NCBI GenBank assembly: GCA_947594595.1 | Contig: CANQEE010000002.1 | Coordinates: 1-45,539 of the forward strand | Direction of reading: 5' to 3' | DNA length: 45,539 nt | DNA from: an uncultured Bacilli bacterium | GTDB taxonomy: Bacteria; Bacillota_I; Bacilli_A; RF39; UBA660 | Shown: positions 1-9,169 of the stretch, in pieces | How positions within the stretch are numbered: the stretch's first letter is position 1 | Layout of the letters: each line of letters starts with the position of its first letter | Translations under genes and position numbers: made by a program | The notes under the pieces: generated by a model | What the model saw: only the letters and a program-made list of their open reading frames with translations | Databases searched by the model: none | What the model was told of the DNA's origin: nothing

Positions 1-492
1 CTTGATTTATCCAAATCAGAATATTTAAAATCCGAAAATTTTAGTAATAATAATCTTTCTATGATTGTAGAAAAAAGAGTATTAACATTTGAAAGTTTAG
101 CCTATGAAAAAAATATAACAATTGAAACAAATATAATGGAAAAAATAAATTTTTCTTGTCATAAAGAAAGTCTAGATGAGCTTGTTTCTATTTTGGTAGA
201 TAATGCGATTAGCCATGGTAGAGAAAATAGTAAAATTAAGATTGAATTATCTAGTAATAAAAATGAAATAAATTTAAAGGTAATAAATAAAGGGGATCCA
301 ATTCCTGATACAGAATGTGAAAAAATCTTTGAAAGATTTTATCGAAATGATAAAAGTCATAATCGTAAAAGTGGAAGATATGGATTAGGTTTATCAATTG
401 CTAAAAATATTGTAGTAGCTCATCATGGTAATATTAGAGCTTATTCAAAAGATGGATATACTACTTTTGAGGTTAAATTTAAAAAAAAATGA
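1..492 (+). CDS. sensor histidine kinase, C-terminal ATPase domain (5' end outside window)
   Basis: The frame is open from nt 1 with no stop upstream of the listed ATG at 61, so the CDS is truncated by the window edge. HATPase_c motifs present: N-box LVDNAISHG, G1 VINKGDPIP, F-box IFERFYR, G2 GRYGLGLSIAKNIV. Confidence 0.9.
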   Translation, partial: LDLSKSEYLKSENFSNNNLSMIVEKRVLTFESLAYEKNITIETNIMEKINFSCHKESLDELVSILVDNAISHGRENSKIKIELSSNKNEINLKVINKGDPIPDTECEKIFERFYRNDKSHNRKSGRYGLGLSIAKNIVVAHHGNIRAYSKDGYTTFEVKFKKK

Positions 493-523
493 ACATTAAC
501 GAAAAAAAAGTTAATGTTTTTTA
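493..523 (+). terminator. intrinsic terminator after the kinase gene
   Basis: Stem aacattaac / gttaatgtt with an A-rich loop, followed by a T run, immediately after the stop codon. Confidence 0.7.
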
Positions 524-536
524 ATGTTTCTTTAAT
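511..536 (+). promoter_or_regulatory. TTAAT direct-repeat box (candidate response-regulator site), copy 1
   Basis: TTAAT at 511, 521 and 532 (10/11-nt spacing). The 17-mer tttaatgtttctttaat at 520-536 is identical to 2238-2254. Confidence 0.45.
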
Positions 537-637
537 CTTCATAGATTACGATTACGTCATAAAGAAGGTGATATATGATTCAAAAGTAATTAAAATAATT
601 TAGTAATTTTCATTTTTTATAGAAAGGAGATGCATAA

Positions 638-877
638 ATGGAAATCAAAATCATTGGAAAAAATTCTAGTAATAGAATGAAATTATTAAAAAATGTTGAA
701 AAAGTGTTAGAAACAAAAGAAAATGTTTGTAATCTTCAAATTTTAGAAGATGATAAATATAAACAAATTTATCATGTAGTAAATACTCCTGCTCTTTTAA
801 TAGATGGGAAGGTAATGAGTCAAGGAAAAATCTTAACGGAAAGAGAAATAAAAAGATTTCTTCTTGCTAATAACTAA
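638..877 (+). CDS. small thioredoxin-fold protein (MTH895/ArsE-like) lacking the CxxC motif
   Basis: 79 aa, SD AAAGGAG 8 nt upstream. Pattern IKIIGKN..N..KLLKNVEKVL...NTPALLIDGKV fits the small glutaredoxin-like family, but the usual GxGCxxC position reads GKNSSNR. Confidence 0.6.
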   Translation: MEIKIIGKNSSNRMKLLKNVEKVLETKENVCNLQILEDDKYKQIYHVVNTPALLIDGKVMSQGKILTEREIKRFLLANN

Positions 878-903
878 ATAGATTTAAAATGAGGTGATAA
901 TAA

Positions 904-2163
904 GTGTCTAAAGATATAGAAGAACAAGATGAAAAAACGGAAGACAAAGAAACATCGTTAAGCGAAAAGATGACTTTGGAGGAGAATAAAAAAGAAAAGA
1001 TAAATAAGTTAAAAAGAAATCAAAAAATTTTGATTTTGATAGGCATATTTGTTTGCATTTTTGTTTTCTCAGTTAAGCTATTTTATCCAAAACTAAACGC
1101 TTATTTAGAAAATAAAACAAAAGAAAAGATCGAATTAAAATATACGGAAACGAAGAGCACAAAAAATGATGGTATATATATTACTGATGTTTCAGAAGTT
1201 GTTGAAAATGTAATGCCCTCTATTGTTGCAATTACAAGTAAAACTTTAATTTCATCTGGAAGATTTGGACCAAACTTTTTTGGAGAAGAACAATATGCAG
1301 AAGGTGCAGGTTCTGGAATTGTTATTAGTAAATCAGATGATGAACTCATGATTTTAACAAATAATCATGTGGTTGAAGGAGCTAATGAATTATCTGTTCA
1401 ATTTATAAATGAAAAAAGTTTTGATGCTAAAATTGTTGGTACATCTGAAAGAAAAGATATAGCAGTTATATCTGTATCATTAAATGATATTGATCGTGAA
1501 ACATTAGAAGCAATAAAAATAGCTACAATGGGTGATTCAACTAAATTAAAAGTGGGAAATGGAATTATTGCCATTGGTAATGCTTTAGGATATGGACAAT
1601 CTGTTACTACAGGAGTAGTCAGTGCTTTAGATAGAGAAGTATCAATTGATAATTATACCAATAAAATGATTCAATTAGATGCTGCGATCAATGGTGGAAA
1701 TAGTGGAGGAGCTTTATTAAATAGTAATGGTGAAGTAGTTGGAATAAACTCTGCTAAATATTCATCAAATGCAATGGATTCTTCTGCAAGTATAGAAGGA
1801 ATGGGATTTGCTATTCCAATATCAGATGTTAGCAATCTTATAACTACACTTATGAATGGAGAAAATGATGAAGGCGTAACATTAGGCGTAGAAGGATATA
1901 TCATAAGTGATAATAATAGTCACTCTTATAATATGCCATCTGGATTTTATATTTCTAAAATCACTTCGGGAAGTAGTGCTTCCAAATCAGAACTAGAAAT
2001 AGGCAATATTATCACCAAAATAGAAGGAAATGAAGTTGCCAATCTAAGTGACATACAGAATGTTTTAAATGAATTAAACAAAGGGGATAAGGTAGGTTTA
2101 ACGATTTGTTATATAAGTGGTCGTGAATATAAAGAAAAAGATATTACAGTTACCTTATCTTAA
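904..2163 (+). CDS. htrA: HtrA/DegP-family serine protease with N-terminal membrane anchor and C-terminal PDZ
   Basis: GTG start 6 nt after GAGGTGA. One TM (ILILIGIFVCIFVFSV). Triad contexts TNNHVV (His), RKDIAVI (Asp), GNSGGALLN (Ser). PDZ-like C-terminal ~100 aa. Confidence 0.93.
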   Translation: MSKDIEEQDEKTEDKETSLSEKMTLEENKKEKINKLKRNQKILILIGIFVCIFVFSVKLFYPKLNAYLENKTKEKIELKYTETKSTKNDGIYITDVSEVVENVMPSIVAITSKTLISSGRFGPNFFGEEQYAEGAGSGIVISKSDDELMILTNNHVVEGANELSVQFINEKSFDAKIVGTSERKDIAVISVSLNDIDRETLEAIKIATMGDSTKLKVGNGIIAIGNALGYGQSVTTGVVSALDREVSIDNYTNKMIQLDAAINGGNSGGALLNSNGEVVGINSAKYSSNAMDSSASIEGMGFAIPISDVSNLITTLMNGENDEGVTLGVEGYIISDNNSHSYNMPSGFYISKITSGSSASKSELEIGNIITKIEGNEVANLSDIQNVLNELNKGDKVGLTICYISGREYKEKDITVTLS

Positions 2164-2185
2164 AAAATACTCTTTTACTTACTTA

Positions 2186-2220
2186 AAGAAAATGGAATAC
2201 CTCACCATTTTCTTTTTTTC
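2186..2220 (+). terminator. intrinsic terminator after htrA
   Basis: Stem aagaaaatgg / ccattttctt with a 9-nt loop, followed by a T run. Confidence 0.75.
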
Positions 2221-2230
2221 TTTAAAAAAT

Positions 2231-2254
2231 TTAAATCTTTAATGTTTCTTTAAT
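2231..2254 (+). promoter_or_regulatory. TTAAT direct-repeat box, copy 2
   Basis: TTAAAT at 2231, TTAAT at 2239 and 2250 (11-nt spacing). The 17-mer at 2238-2254 is identical to 520-536. A TAAAAT -10-like hexamer lies 10 nt downstream. Confidence 0.45.
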
Positions 2255-2296
2255 ATTTACATCATAAAATGATATTGTTTTAAAGGAGGAATAAGT

Positions 2297-3745
2297 ATGT
2301 TTATACTAAAAAACGCATGGATTTCAATTAAAAGAAATAAAGGAAGGAATATTTTAATAGGAATCATTATTTTAATTATTGCTTGTGCTTGTACGATAAC
2401 ACTTGCAATTAAAAATACAGCATCAGATCTAATAGATTCCTATAAAAGTGCTTATGACAAGGAAGTAACCATTGGCTTTAATAGAGAAAACATGATGAAA
2501 GATTTTGATCCATCACAGGAAGAGGGAAGAGAAAGCGCAAGAGAGAAGTTTGATAATGTTGCAAGTTATACGATTAGTGATGTTGAAAAATTTGCAGATA
2601 GTGATTATATTGAAAGTTATTATTATACCTATGGTGTTGGACTAAATGGAAATAGTATAGAAAAAGCAGAAATTGAATCAAATAGCGATATGCCAAATGG
2701 ATTTGGTCATGGAAAAGAGACTAATATGTCATCTACTGATTTTACTTTAACGGGTTATAGTTCAAAGGATGCAATGAGTGAGTTTATTAGTGGTACTTAT
2801 ACAATGAGTGAGATAACTGATAATGCTTGGGACATTGCCTTTCATGGAAATTATGTATTTATCAATCAAGAACTTGCAGAATATAATGATTTAAAATTAA
2901 ATGACAAAATAAAATTAGAGGATGAAGATGGAAATACTTATGAATTTGAAATTATTGGTATTTTTAAAGAAAATGAAGAAGAGAATCAAGAACCAATGTC
3001 TATGTTTTCTAAATCTGTAAATACAATCATAACCAATAGTGATGCAGTTGTTGCTCTTACAAATGAAAATGAAAACTTAAAAGCTTCCATTTATCCTACT
3101 TTTATTATAGATTCTTATGATCATGTAGAGAAGCTTCAAGATGAATTTTATAAAAAAGGTTTAGATGAAAATTTCTTATTACAAACGAATGAAGAACTAG
3201 CTGAAAGTGGAGTTTCCAGTGTAAAAAACATTTCATCATTTTCAACAACTTTCTTAGTGATTACTCTTATTATTGGTGGAATTGTCTTATTTTTAATCAA
3301 TATGATCAATATTCGTGAAAGAAAATATGAAATTGGTGTTTTAAGAACCATTGGTATTAGTAAATTGAAATTAACAATGCAATTTGTATCAGAACTTGTT
3401 ATTGTATCTGTTGTTGCCCTTACACTTGGTGCAGGAATTGGAGCAATAAGTTCTAAAGGAGTCAGTAATTCATTACTTGCAAATGAAATAAATAGCAGCA
3501 ATGAAAAAACTGAAGAAATCAATAAAAACTTTGGTGGAATGAATCATGGTGGTGATAGAGGAGGTATGCATGGTAAAGGTATGCCTGTTGTAGAAGCTTA
3601 TGATTCGATTGATGCAGTAGTCGATATAAAAGTTTTACTAGAATTACTTAGCATTGGACTTTCGCTAGTTTTAGTAAGTTCAATTGCCTCAATGGTTAGT
3701 ATTCAAAGATTTTCACCACTTACAATATTGAAAGAGAGGTCTTAG
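2297..3745 (+). CDS. ABC transporter permease, FtsX/MacB-type (4 TM, large extracytoplasmic domain)
   Basis: SD AAAGGAGG. N-terminal TM, ~270-aa soluble domain, then 3 TM. FtsX-type segment IRERKYEIGVLRTIGISKLKL. Gly/Met/His-rich loop GGMNHGGDRGGMHGKGMP before the last TM. Confidence 0.88.
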   Translation: MFILKNAWISIKRNKGRNILIGIIILIIACACTITLAIKNTASDLIDSYKSAYDKEVTIGFNRENMMKDFDPSQEEGRESAREKFDNVASYTISDVEKFADSDYIESYYYTYGVGLNGNSIEKAEIESNSDMPNGFGHGKETNMSSTDFTLTGYSSKDAMSEFISGTYTMSEITDNAWDIAFHGNYVFINQELAEYNDLKLNDKIKLEDEDGNTYEFEIIGIFKENEEENQEPMSMFSKSVNTIITNSDAVVALTNENENLKASIYPTFIIDSYDHVEKLQDEFYKKGLDENFLLQTNEELAESGVSSVKNISSFSTTFLVITLIIGGIVLFLINMINIRERKYEIGVLRTIGISKLKLTMQFVSELVIVSVVALTLGAGIGAISSKGVSNSLLANEINSSNEKTEEINKNFGGMNHGGDRGGMHGKGMPVVEAYDSIDAVVDIKVLLELLSIGLSLVLVSSIASMVSIQRFSPLTILKERS

Positions 3746-3747
3746 AA

Positions 3748-4536
3748 ATGGAAAATAAGAAAAAGAATAATGGTGTTTCAAATGATCATCTTGGAAAGGA
3801 TGTTTCTAAAAAAGAGAGAAAGATAAAAAATAAAGAATCGAAAGAAGTAAAAGAAAGCAATCCTTTTCCCAAAGACATTATTTTAAGTATTAAAAATGCG
3901 AGTTACCGATATAGCGATGCAGAAGAAGATGACTATGCTTTAAAAAATGTTAGCTTTGATTTTGAAAGTGGAAAGTTATATGCTATAAGAGGTCGAAGTG
4001 GAACAGGAAAGACAACACTTTTGTCATTGATAAGTGGACTTGAAAAATGTAGTGAAGGTGAAATTATATTTGATGGGAAAAGTCTAAAAGAGATGAATTT
4101 AGATAAATATCGTAATAGTGATATAGGTATTGTTTTTCAAAGTTATAATTTGCTCCCCTTTATGACAGCAGTTGAAAATATAATTCTTTCTATGGATGCA
4201 AATGGATTAAAAATAAAAAATAAAAAAGAAAAAGCAATTGAACTTATGAAAAAAGTAGGATTAAAAGCAAGTTATGCTAATCGTAAAGTATTAAGATTAT
4301 CAGGAGGAGAACAGCAAAGAGTTGCAATTGCACGAAGTTTATCTTATAATCCTAAAATGATAATCGCAGATGAACCAACAGGAAATCTTGATAAGCAAAC
4401 AGAAACTGAAATTTTAGAGATATTTAAAAAATTAGCTCATGAAGAAAACAAATGTGTTATTATTGTAACTCATTCGCAAAATGTTTGTGATACTGTTGAT
4501 AAAATATATAACTTGAAAAAAGTTCAAGAAAAATAA
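3748..4536 (+). CDS. ABC transporter ATP-binding protein
   Basis: Starts 3 nt after the permease stop. Walker A GRSGTGKTT, signature LSGGEQQRVAIAR, Walker B MIIADEPTGNLD, H-loop VTHS. Has a ~45-aa K/E-rich N-terminal extension. Confidence 0.95.
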   Translation: MENKKKNNGVSNDHLGKDVSKKERKIKNKESKEVKESNPFPKDIILSIKNASYRYSDAEEDDYALKNVSFDFESGKLYAIRGRSGTGKTTLLSLISGLEKCSEGEIIFDGKSLKEMNLDKYRNSDIGIVFQSYNLLPFMTAVENIILSMDANGLKIKNKKEKAIELMKKVGLKASYANRKVLRLSGGEQQRVAIARSLSYNPKMIIADEPTGNLDKQTETEILEIFKKLAHEENKCVIIVTHSQNVCDTVDKIYNLKKVQEK

Positions 4537-4673
4537 ATGGATGCAAAATTAAAAAATGAGCGAATCCATATTGAACTTATCAATTTAAACCGTTATAATA
4601 TAGCTTATCCAATGTGATGAATTAGACTATAAGACGTAAGAGTTTTTTGCAAATGTACTAAAAAGAAATCAAA

Positions 4674-4699
4674 CTCGAACTTTTCAATGTTCGGGTTTT
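4674..4699 (+). terminator. possible weak terminator of the ABC operon
   Basis: Stem ctcgaac / gttcggg (one G-U pair) with an 8-nt loop, then TTTT. Confidence 0.35.
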
Positions 4700-4752
4700 C
4701 ATATATGAAATTTTTAATTTTAGATCAAAAATCTTTAAGAGGGTAAAAGAAG

Positions 4753-5469
4753 ATGAAAAAAAATTTATGGACAAAAGAAAAATATCAGAATTTATGGAAA
4801 CAAATTCAAGAACAAAAAGAAGAAAAATATCGAATTTTTTCAGAAAAACTTATTTTTACAAAATATCCCATTCTAGGAGTTCGAATTCCTTTCTTGCGAA
4901 AAATGTCTTCTTTTATTGCCAAACAGGATATAGATTCTTATTTAAAAATTGCTCAATCAAACTATCATGAAGAAATTTTAATGAAAGGGTTTGTAATTGG
5001 AAAAATTAAAGATAAGGATAAATTAAAACAAGCCTTTTTAGATTTTCTTCCCTTAATTGATAATTGGGCAACTTGTGATATGGTTATCTCTAGTCTTAAA
5101 ACAATAAAGAAAAATCAAAAATATTTTCTTTCTTTGATGGATAGTCTTTTTGAAAAAAAAGAAACTTATTATCTTCGAGCAGGATTTGTTTTGCTTCTCA
5201 ATTACTATGTAGAAGATTCCTTTTTTTCTATGATTGAAGAAAAAATAAAGAAAGTAAATTCAGATGAGTACTATGTTGAAATGGCACAAGCATGGCTTCT
5301 TTGTGAGTGCTTTATTAAAAATCAAGAAGTCTTTTTTCCATTTTTAAAAGAAGGAAATATTTCCTTTTCTCTTCTTTCTAAGACAATTCAAAAAATTTGT
5401 GATTCTAATCGAGTGGATCGAAAAACAAAAGAGAAAGTTAAAAAATTAAAAAAAGAACTTTATTCGTGA
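4753..5469 (+). CDS. DNA alkylation repair protein (AlkC/AlkD-like HEAT-repeat family)
   Basis: 238 aa. Family-like pattern: N-terminal KYRIFSEKLI..YPILGVRIPFLRK and IDNWATCDMV. Helical repeat composition. Confidence 0.7.
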   Translation: MKKNLWTKEKYQNLWKQIQEQKEEKYRIFSEKLIFTKYPILGVRIPFLRKMSSFIAKQDIDSYLKIAQSNYHEEILMKGFVIGKIKDKDKLKQAFLDFLPLIDNWATCDMVISSLKTIKKNQKYFLSLMDSLFEKKETYYLRAGFVLLLNYYVEDSFFSMIEEKIKKVNSDEYYVEMAQAWLLCECFIKNQEVFFPFLKEGNISFSLLSKTIQKICDSNRVDRKTKEKVKKLKKELYS

Positions 5470-6347
5470 TAAAGCTCTTCGTTTAAAACATCTAAATTTT
5501 TTTCTAAAAGAGATAAATAATCTTCTCCTGCTTTTCGCTCTTCATCTGTTAATATTTTCATAGAATGTATATTTTTTGTTTCTAATGAATTTGAATTGAT
5601 ATCTAAAATTTTTTGACTTGCCTCATTATTTTCTTCTTCTTCAAACTTAAATAGTTTTGTAATTTCTTTTTGATTGATTAAAGATTGAATCTCACTTCTT
5701 TCTTTTTCTGCTGTTTTTTCATTGATTACATAAACTTTCAAACCATATTTTTCTAAAAATTTAAGACTTTCTGTAGAAGATAAAATGCATTTGTGTTTTG
5801 CATTTTCAATGGATAAGCGAATTTTTGCATCTAATTCAGAAATAGAAACTTTTAATGCTTCATACTTTTCATCGATTTCTTTCTTTAAATATGCATTTTC
5901 AATGTATTCTTTTAAACTTAATCTGACATTTTGGGCCATCATTAACATAAAAGAAGGATCTAGCCAAACAGCATCTGTTTCATAACTTGTTTCTAATACA
6001 TAAGAACTATCAATAATTTTTAAAGCACTGTTATAATCTAAAAGTTCAATTGCTAAGTTTCTTTCTCGTTCTACCAATCCTGTATAAATAAACAAATCTT
6101 TTTGAGCATCTTCTTGCTTTGTTTTTTTTGTTGGCCTATATTTTTCAACATTCACTCCATCTGGATAAATAGAAGTAATTGTTGAATGATCTTTATAAAG
6201 ATTTTCAATAATATATGAATTTGGATAATTGGTTGTTACAATTTCAATCTCTTCCATATCATCTCTTTTACAACCACAAAGGCAAGTGATTGCAAGGACT
6301 ATGATAAATAATTGAACCCCTAATTTTCTTCGTTTCAAATCTCTCAT
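5460..6347 (-). CDS. ZnuA/AdcA-fold (cluster A-I) solute-binding lipoprotein with degenerate metal site
   Basis: Lipobox LCGC after a signal peptide. IVTTNYP, DAVWLDP and [10 protein letters not shown] align with the family blocks IVTTxYP, DPHxWLxP and HxAFxYLxxxYGL, but the His positions are substituted. No adjacent ABC permease or ATPase. Confidence 0.7.
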   Translation of the reverse strand: MRDLKRRKLGVQLFIIVLAITCLCGCKRDDMEEIEIVTTNYPNSYIIENLYKDHSTITSIYPDGVNVEKYRPTKKTKQEDAQKDLFIYTGLVERERNLAIELLDYNSALKIIDSSYVLETSYETDAVWLDPSFMLMMAQNVRLSLKEYIENAYLKKEIDEKYEALKVSISELDAKIRLSIENAKHKCILSSTESLKFLEKYGLKVYVINEKTAEKERSEIQSLINQKEITKLFKFEEEENNEASQKILDINSNSLETKNIHSMKILTDEERKAGEDYLSLLEKNLDVLNEELYHE

Positions 6348-6577
6348 CCTTTCTTTCTAGGAACTGGATCATATCCATAAGAACCCAATGGATTACATTT
6401 TAAAATACGTTTGATTGCAAGGATACTTCCTTTACATGCACCATGAATTTCAATAGCTTCCATCGCATAATTAGAACATGTTGGAATGTGCCTACAAGCT
6501 TTATGCCATGGGCCTGGAATCTTTTGATAAATATGAATCAGTCCAATCAAAATTTTCTTCATTCTTTCATCATCCAT
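6344..6577 (-). CDS. yidD: membrane protein insertion efficiency factor YidD
   Basis: LIHIYQK...[39 protein letters not shown] is the YidD signature. 4-nt overlap with the downstream lipoprotein gene. The start may instead be the internal Met at 6562. Confidence 0.9.
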   Translation of the reverse strand: MDDERMKKILIGLIHIYQKIPGPWHKACRHIPTCSNYAMEAIEIHGACKGSILAIKRILKCNPLGSYGYDPVPRKKG

Positions 6578-6684
6578 ACTTATTTTACTATATTTTTTTA
6601 CGCTTTACAATTGTGAGTTTTGTTTTTCATAAATTTATAAAAAATTTAAAAGATTACAAAAATATAGAAATTTATAAAAATCTA

Positions 6685-6693
6685 TGTTATAAT
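6685..6693 (+). promoter_or_regulatory. extended -10 element upstream of typA
   Basis: TGtTATAAT about 30 nt upstream of the typA ATG. No convincing -35. Confidence 0.4.
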
Positions 6694-6722
6694 CAGGTGC
6701 GTGATTGAAAGAAGTGAAAAAA

Positions 6723-8540
6723 ATGAAAAAAAGAAATATTGCGATCATCGCTCATGTAGATCATGGAAAGACAACTCTTGTCGATGAGATTTTAAAAACG
6801 AGTGGGATGTTTCGCGAAAATGAAGATGTTGCCAATATTTCAATGGATTCAAATGCGCTTGAAAAAGAACGTGGGATTACCATTTTAGCAAAAACTACAG
6901 CACTTGATTATAAAGGTTATCGCATCAATATTTTAGACACACCAGGGCATGCTGATTTTGGTGGTGAAGTTGAGAGAATTATGAACTTAGTCGATGGAGT
7001 TCTTTTGGTGGTAGACGCATATGAAGGAACAATGCCTCAGACTCGATTTGTTTTAAAAAAAGCTCTTGCTTCGGGTGTTAAACCAATTGTAGTAATCAAT
7101 AAGGTAGATAAACCAAGTGCAAGATGTAGCCAGGTACTTGATGAAGTTCTTGATTTATTTATTGAATTAGGAGCAGATGAAGAACAGCTTGATTTTCCAG
7201 TTGTGTATGCAAGTGCTTTAAATGGAACTTGTAGCCTGGAAGAAAGTCTAGCAAGTCAAACTCCTGGATTTACAGAACTTTTAGATTTGATTATCTCTTC
7301 TATTCCAGCTCCACAAGGTGAAGAAAATGCTCCTTTACAATTTCAACCAGCTCTTTTAGATTACAATGAATTTGTAGGGCGTATTGGAATTGGAAAAGTT
7401 CACAATGGAACTATGAAAGTAGGGCAGACAGTTACTTGTATTCGTCTAGATGGAAAAGAGAAAACATTTAGAATTCAAAAATTGTTTGGATATTATGGAT
7501 ATAATCGAATTGAAGTAGAAAGTGCGACAGCTGGGGATATTGTAGCCATTGCAGGACTTCCTGATATTTCCGTAGGGGAAACTATTTGTGAACAAGGAAA
7601 TTTGCATCCACTTCCCATTTTGCATATTGATGAGCCTACTTTACAAATGACTTTTGGTGCTAACACTTCTCCGTTTGTTGGAAAAGATGGAAAGATTGTA
7701 ACTGCAAGAAAAATTGAAGAACGTCTTTATAAGGAAACTCAAAAAGATGTTAGTTTACGAGTAGAACCTTATACCAATGAATCTTTTATTGTTTCTGGTC
7801 GTGGAGAACTTCATTTAAGTATTTTAATTGAAAATATGAGAAGAGAAGGGTTTGAATTAGAAGTATCTAAACCTCAAGTAATCATTAAAGAAGAAAATGG
7901 AGTAAAGATGGAACCATGGGAAGATTTGCAAATAGAAGTTCCAGAAGAGGTTATGGGGACTGTGATTGAACAGTTAGGTCTTCGTGGAGCTATTATGGAT
8001 AATATGACGAACTTTGAAGGACAAGTAAGACTTAATTATACCATCCCATCTCGTGGTTTAATTGGATTTTCAACAGATTTTATGACTATGACAAAAGGAT
8101 ATGGTATTATCAACCATACATTTAAAGAGTATCGTCCTTATGAAAAAGTAGAAATTGGAGAAAGAAAATTAGGAGTTTTAGTTTCTATGGAAAATGGATC
8201 AGCGACAGCTTATTCTATTGGAAACTTAGAAGATCGTGGGATTATGTTTATAGAGCCTGGGTGTGAAGTTTATGAAGGAATGATTCTTGGGGAATGTAAT
8301 CGTGAAAATGATTTGGCCGTCAATGTTGTTAAAGGAAAGAATTTAACCAATGTTCGTGCAGCAGGAAGTGATCATACAGTTGTGTTAAAAAGGCCTCGTC
8401 CTATTACATTAGAGTATGCTCTTGATTATATTAACTCTGATGAATTAGTAGAAGTAACCCCTAATTTTATTCGTCTTAGAAAAAAAATTCTTAATACAGA
8501 AGAACGAAAAAAAGCAGATGCTAAAAAAAATAAAGCCTAG
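6723..8540 (+). CDS. typA: translational GTPase TypA/BipA
   Basis: [18 protein letters not shown] (G1), DTPGHADF (G3), NKVD (G4), EF-G-like domains. ATG at 6723 is preferred over the track's TTG at 6705 because family N-termini start just before [15 protein letters not shown]. Confidence 0.95.
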   Translation: MKKRNIAIIAHVDHGKTTLVDEILKTSGMFRENEDVANISMDSNALEKERGITILAKTTALDYKGYRINILDTPGHADFGGEVERIMNLVDGVLLVVDAYEGTMPQTRFVLKKALASGVKPIVVINKVDKPSARCSQVLDEVLDLFIELGADEEQLDFPVVYASALNGTCSLEESLASQTPGFTELLDLIISSIPAPQGEENAPLQFQPALLDYNEFVGRIGIGKVHNGTMKVGQTVTCIRLDGKEKTFRIQKLFGYYGYNRIEVESATAGDIVAIAGLPDISVGETICEQGNLHPLPILHIDEPTLQMTFGANTSPFVGKDGKIVTARKIEERLYKETQKDVSLRVEPYTNESFIVSGRGELHLSILIENMRREGFELEVSKPQVIIKEENGVKMEPWEDLQIEVPEEVMGTVIEQLGLRGAIMDNMTNFEGQVRLNYTIPSRGLIGFSTDFMTMTKGYGIINHTFKEYRPYEKVEIGERKLGVLVSMENGSATAYSIGNLEDRGIMFIEPGCEVYEGMILGECNRENDLAVNVVKGKNLTNVRAAGSDHTVVLKRPRPITLEYALDYINSDELVEVTPNFIRLRKKILNTEERKKADAKKNKA

Positions 8541-8552
8541 AGGGCTTTTTTT
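8532..8552. terminator. short hairpin plus T run between convergent typA and tetR-like gene
   Basis: aaagcc / ggcttt stem overlapping the typA stop, followed by TTTTTT. Confidence 0.5.
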
Positions 8553-9102
8553 AGTGAAATATCTTTGTAAAGAAAAGTTTTATATTTTCCAATAATTCAT
8601 CAAGGGAATAGGGACTTTCTTTTCTAAAATATTTTATAATTTCCATTAAAGTTCCATTCATAAAGAAGGAAATAGCAAGATCTAGATAGGGAGTTTTATA
8701 ATTATTTTTTAAAGCTTCATAGATTTTTTGACTTGCAAATTCTTTTAGTTTATTCAAAAATAAGAGAGATTCATCTGCTGCTAATAACAAGCAATAAGTA
8801 TTTTCATTTTCTTTTAAACAAGAGAAAATATTATCAAAGTAGTCTAATACATCTGATTTGGAATAGAGCCTTAATTCCTTATTACAAAGAAGTTCAATGG
8901 TTTGTAATTGATATTCTTGTGCAACCTGATAAAGATTATCATAATGCGTGTAAAAAGTACTTCTCGTAATTTGTGCTCGCTGAACTAATTCTGTAACAGT
9001 GATTTTTTCTAATTGTTTTTTTTCATGGATTAAAGTTGCAAAAGTTTTCTTAATCAAATCTCTTGTTTTGAGGGAAGAAGAATTTAGACATTGTACTTTC
9101 AT
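8551..9102 (-). CDS. TetR/AcrR-family transcriptional regulator
   Basis: HTH segment ITVTELVQRAQITRSTFYTHYDNLYQV. Start set to the Met at 9102 (SD AAAGGAG 6 nt upstream). The track's longer 9192 start would read through the palindromic operator. Confidence 0.88.
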   Translation of the reverse strand: MKVQCLNSSSLKTRDLIKKTFATLIHEKKQLEKITVTELVQRAQITRSTFYTHYDNLYQVAQEYQLQTIELLCNKELRLYSKSDVLDYFDNIFSCLKENENTYCLLLAADESLLFLNKLKEFASQKIYEALKNNYKTPYLDLAISFFMNGTLMEIIKYFRKESPYSLDELLENIKLFFTKIFH

Positions 9103-9169
9103 TTTGCGCTCCTTTCTTAAATATATAATAATATAACATAAATATATGAATGGTTTAATACGTTTTTTA

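Noticed and set aside
546-558. Tandem gattac-gattac duplication upstream of the Trx-like gene
   Set aside because: It is only two 6-nt units, with no second occurrence or symmetry. That is insufficient to call a regulatory element.
1101-3522. Antisense or alternate-frame ORFs inside htrA and the permease gene (1101-1349, 1671-1904, 3148-3522)
   Set aside because: They lie entirely within confidently assigned genes on the opposite strand, with low-complexity products and no SDs. This is typical shadow-ORF behaviour.
4537-4617. 26-codon ORF starting immediately after the ABC ATPase stop
   Set aside because: It has no SD and no recognisable product, and short ORFs of this size are expected by chance in AT-rich spacers. 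I cannot support it as a gene.
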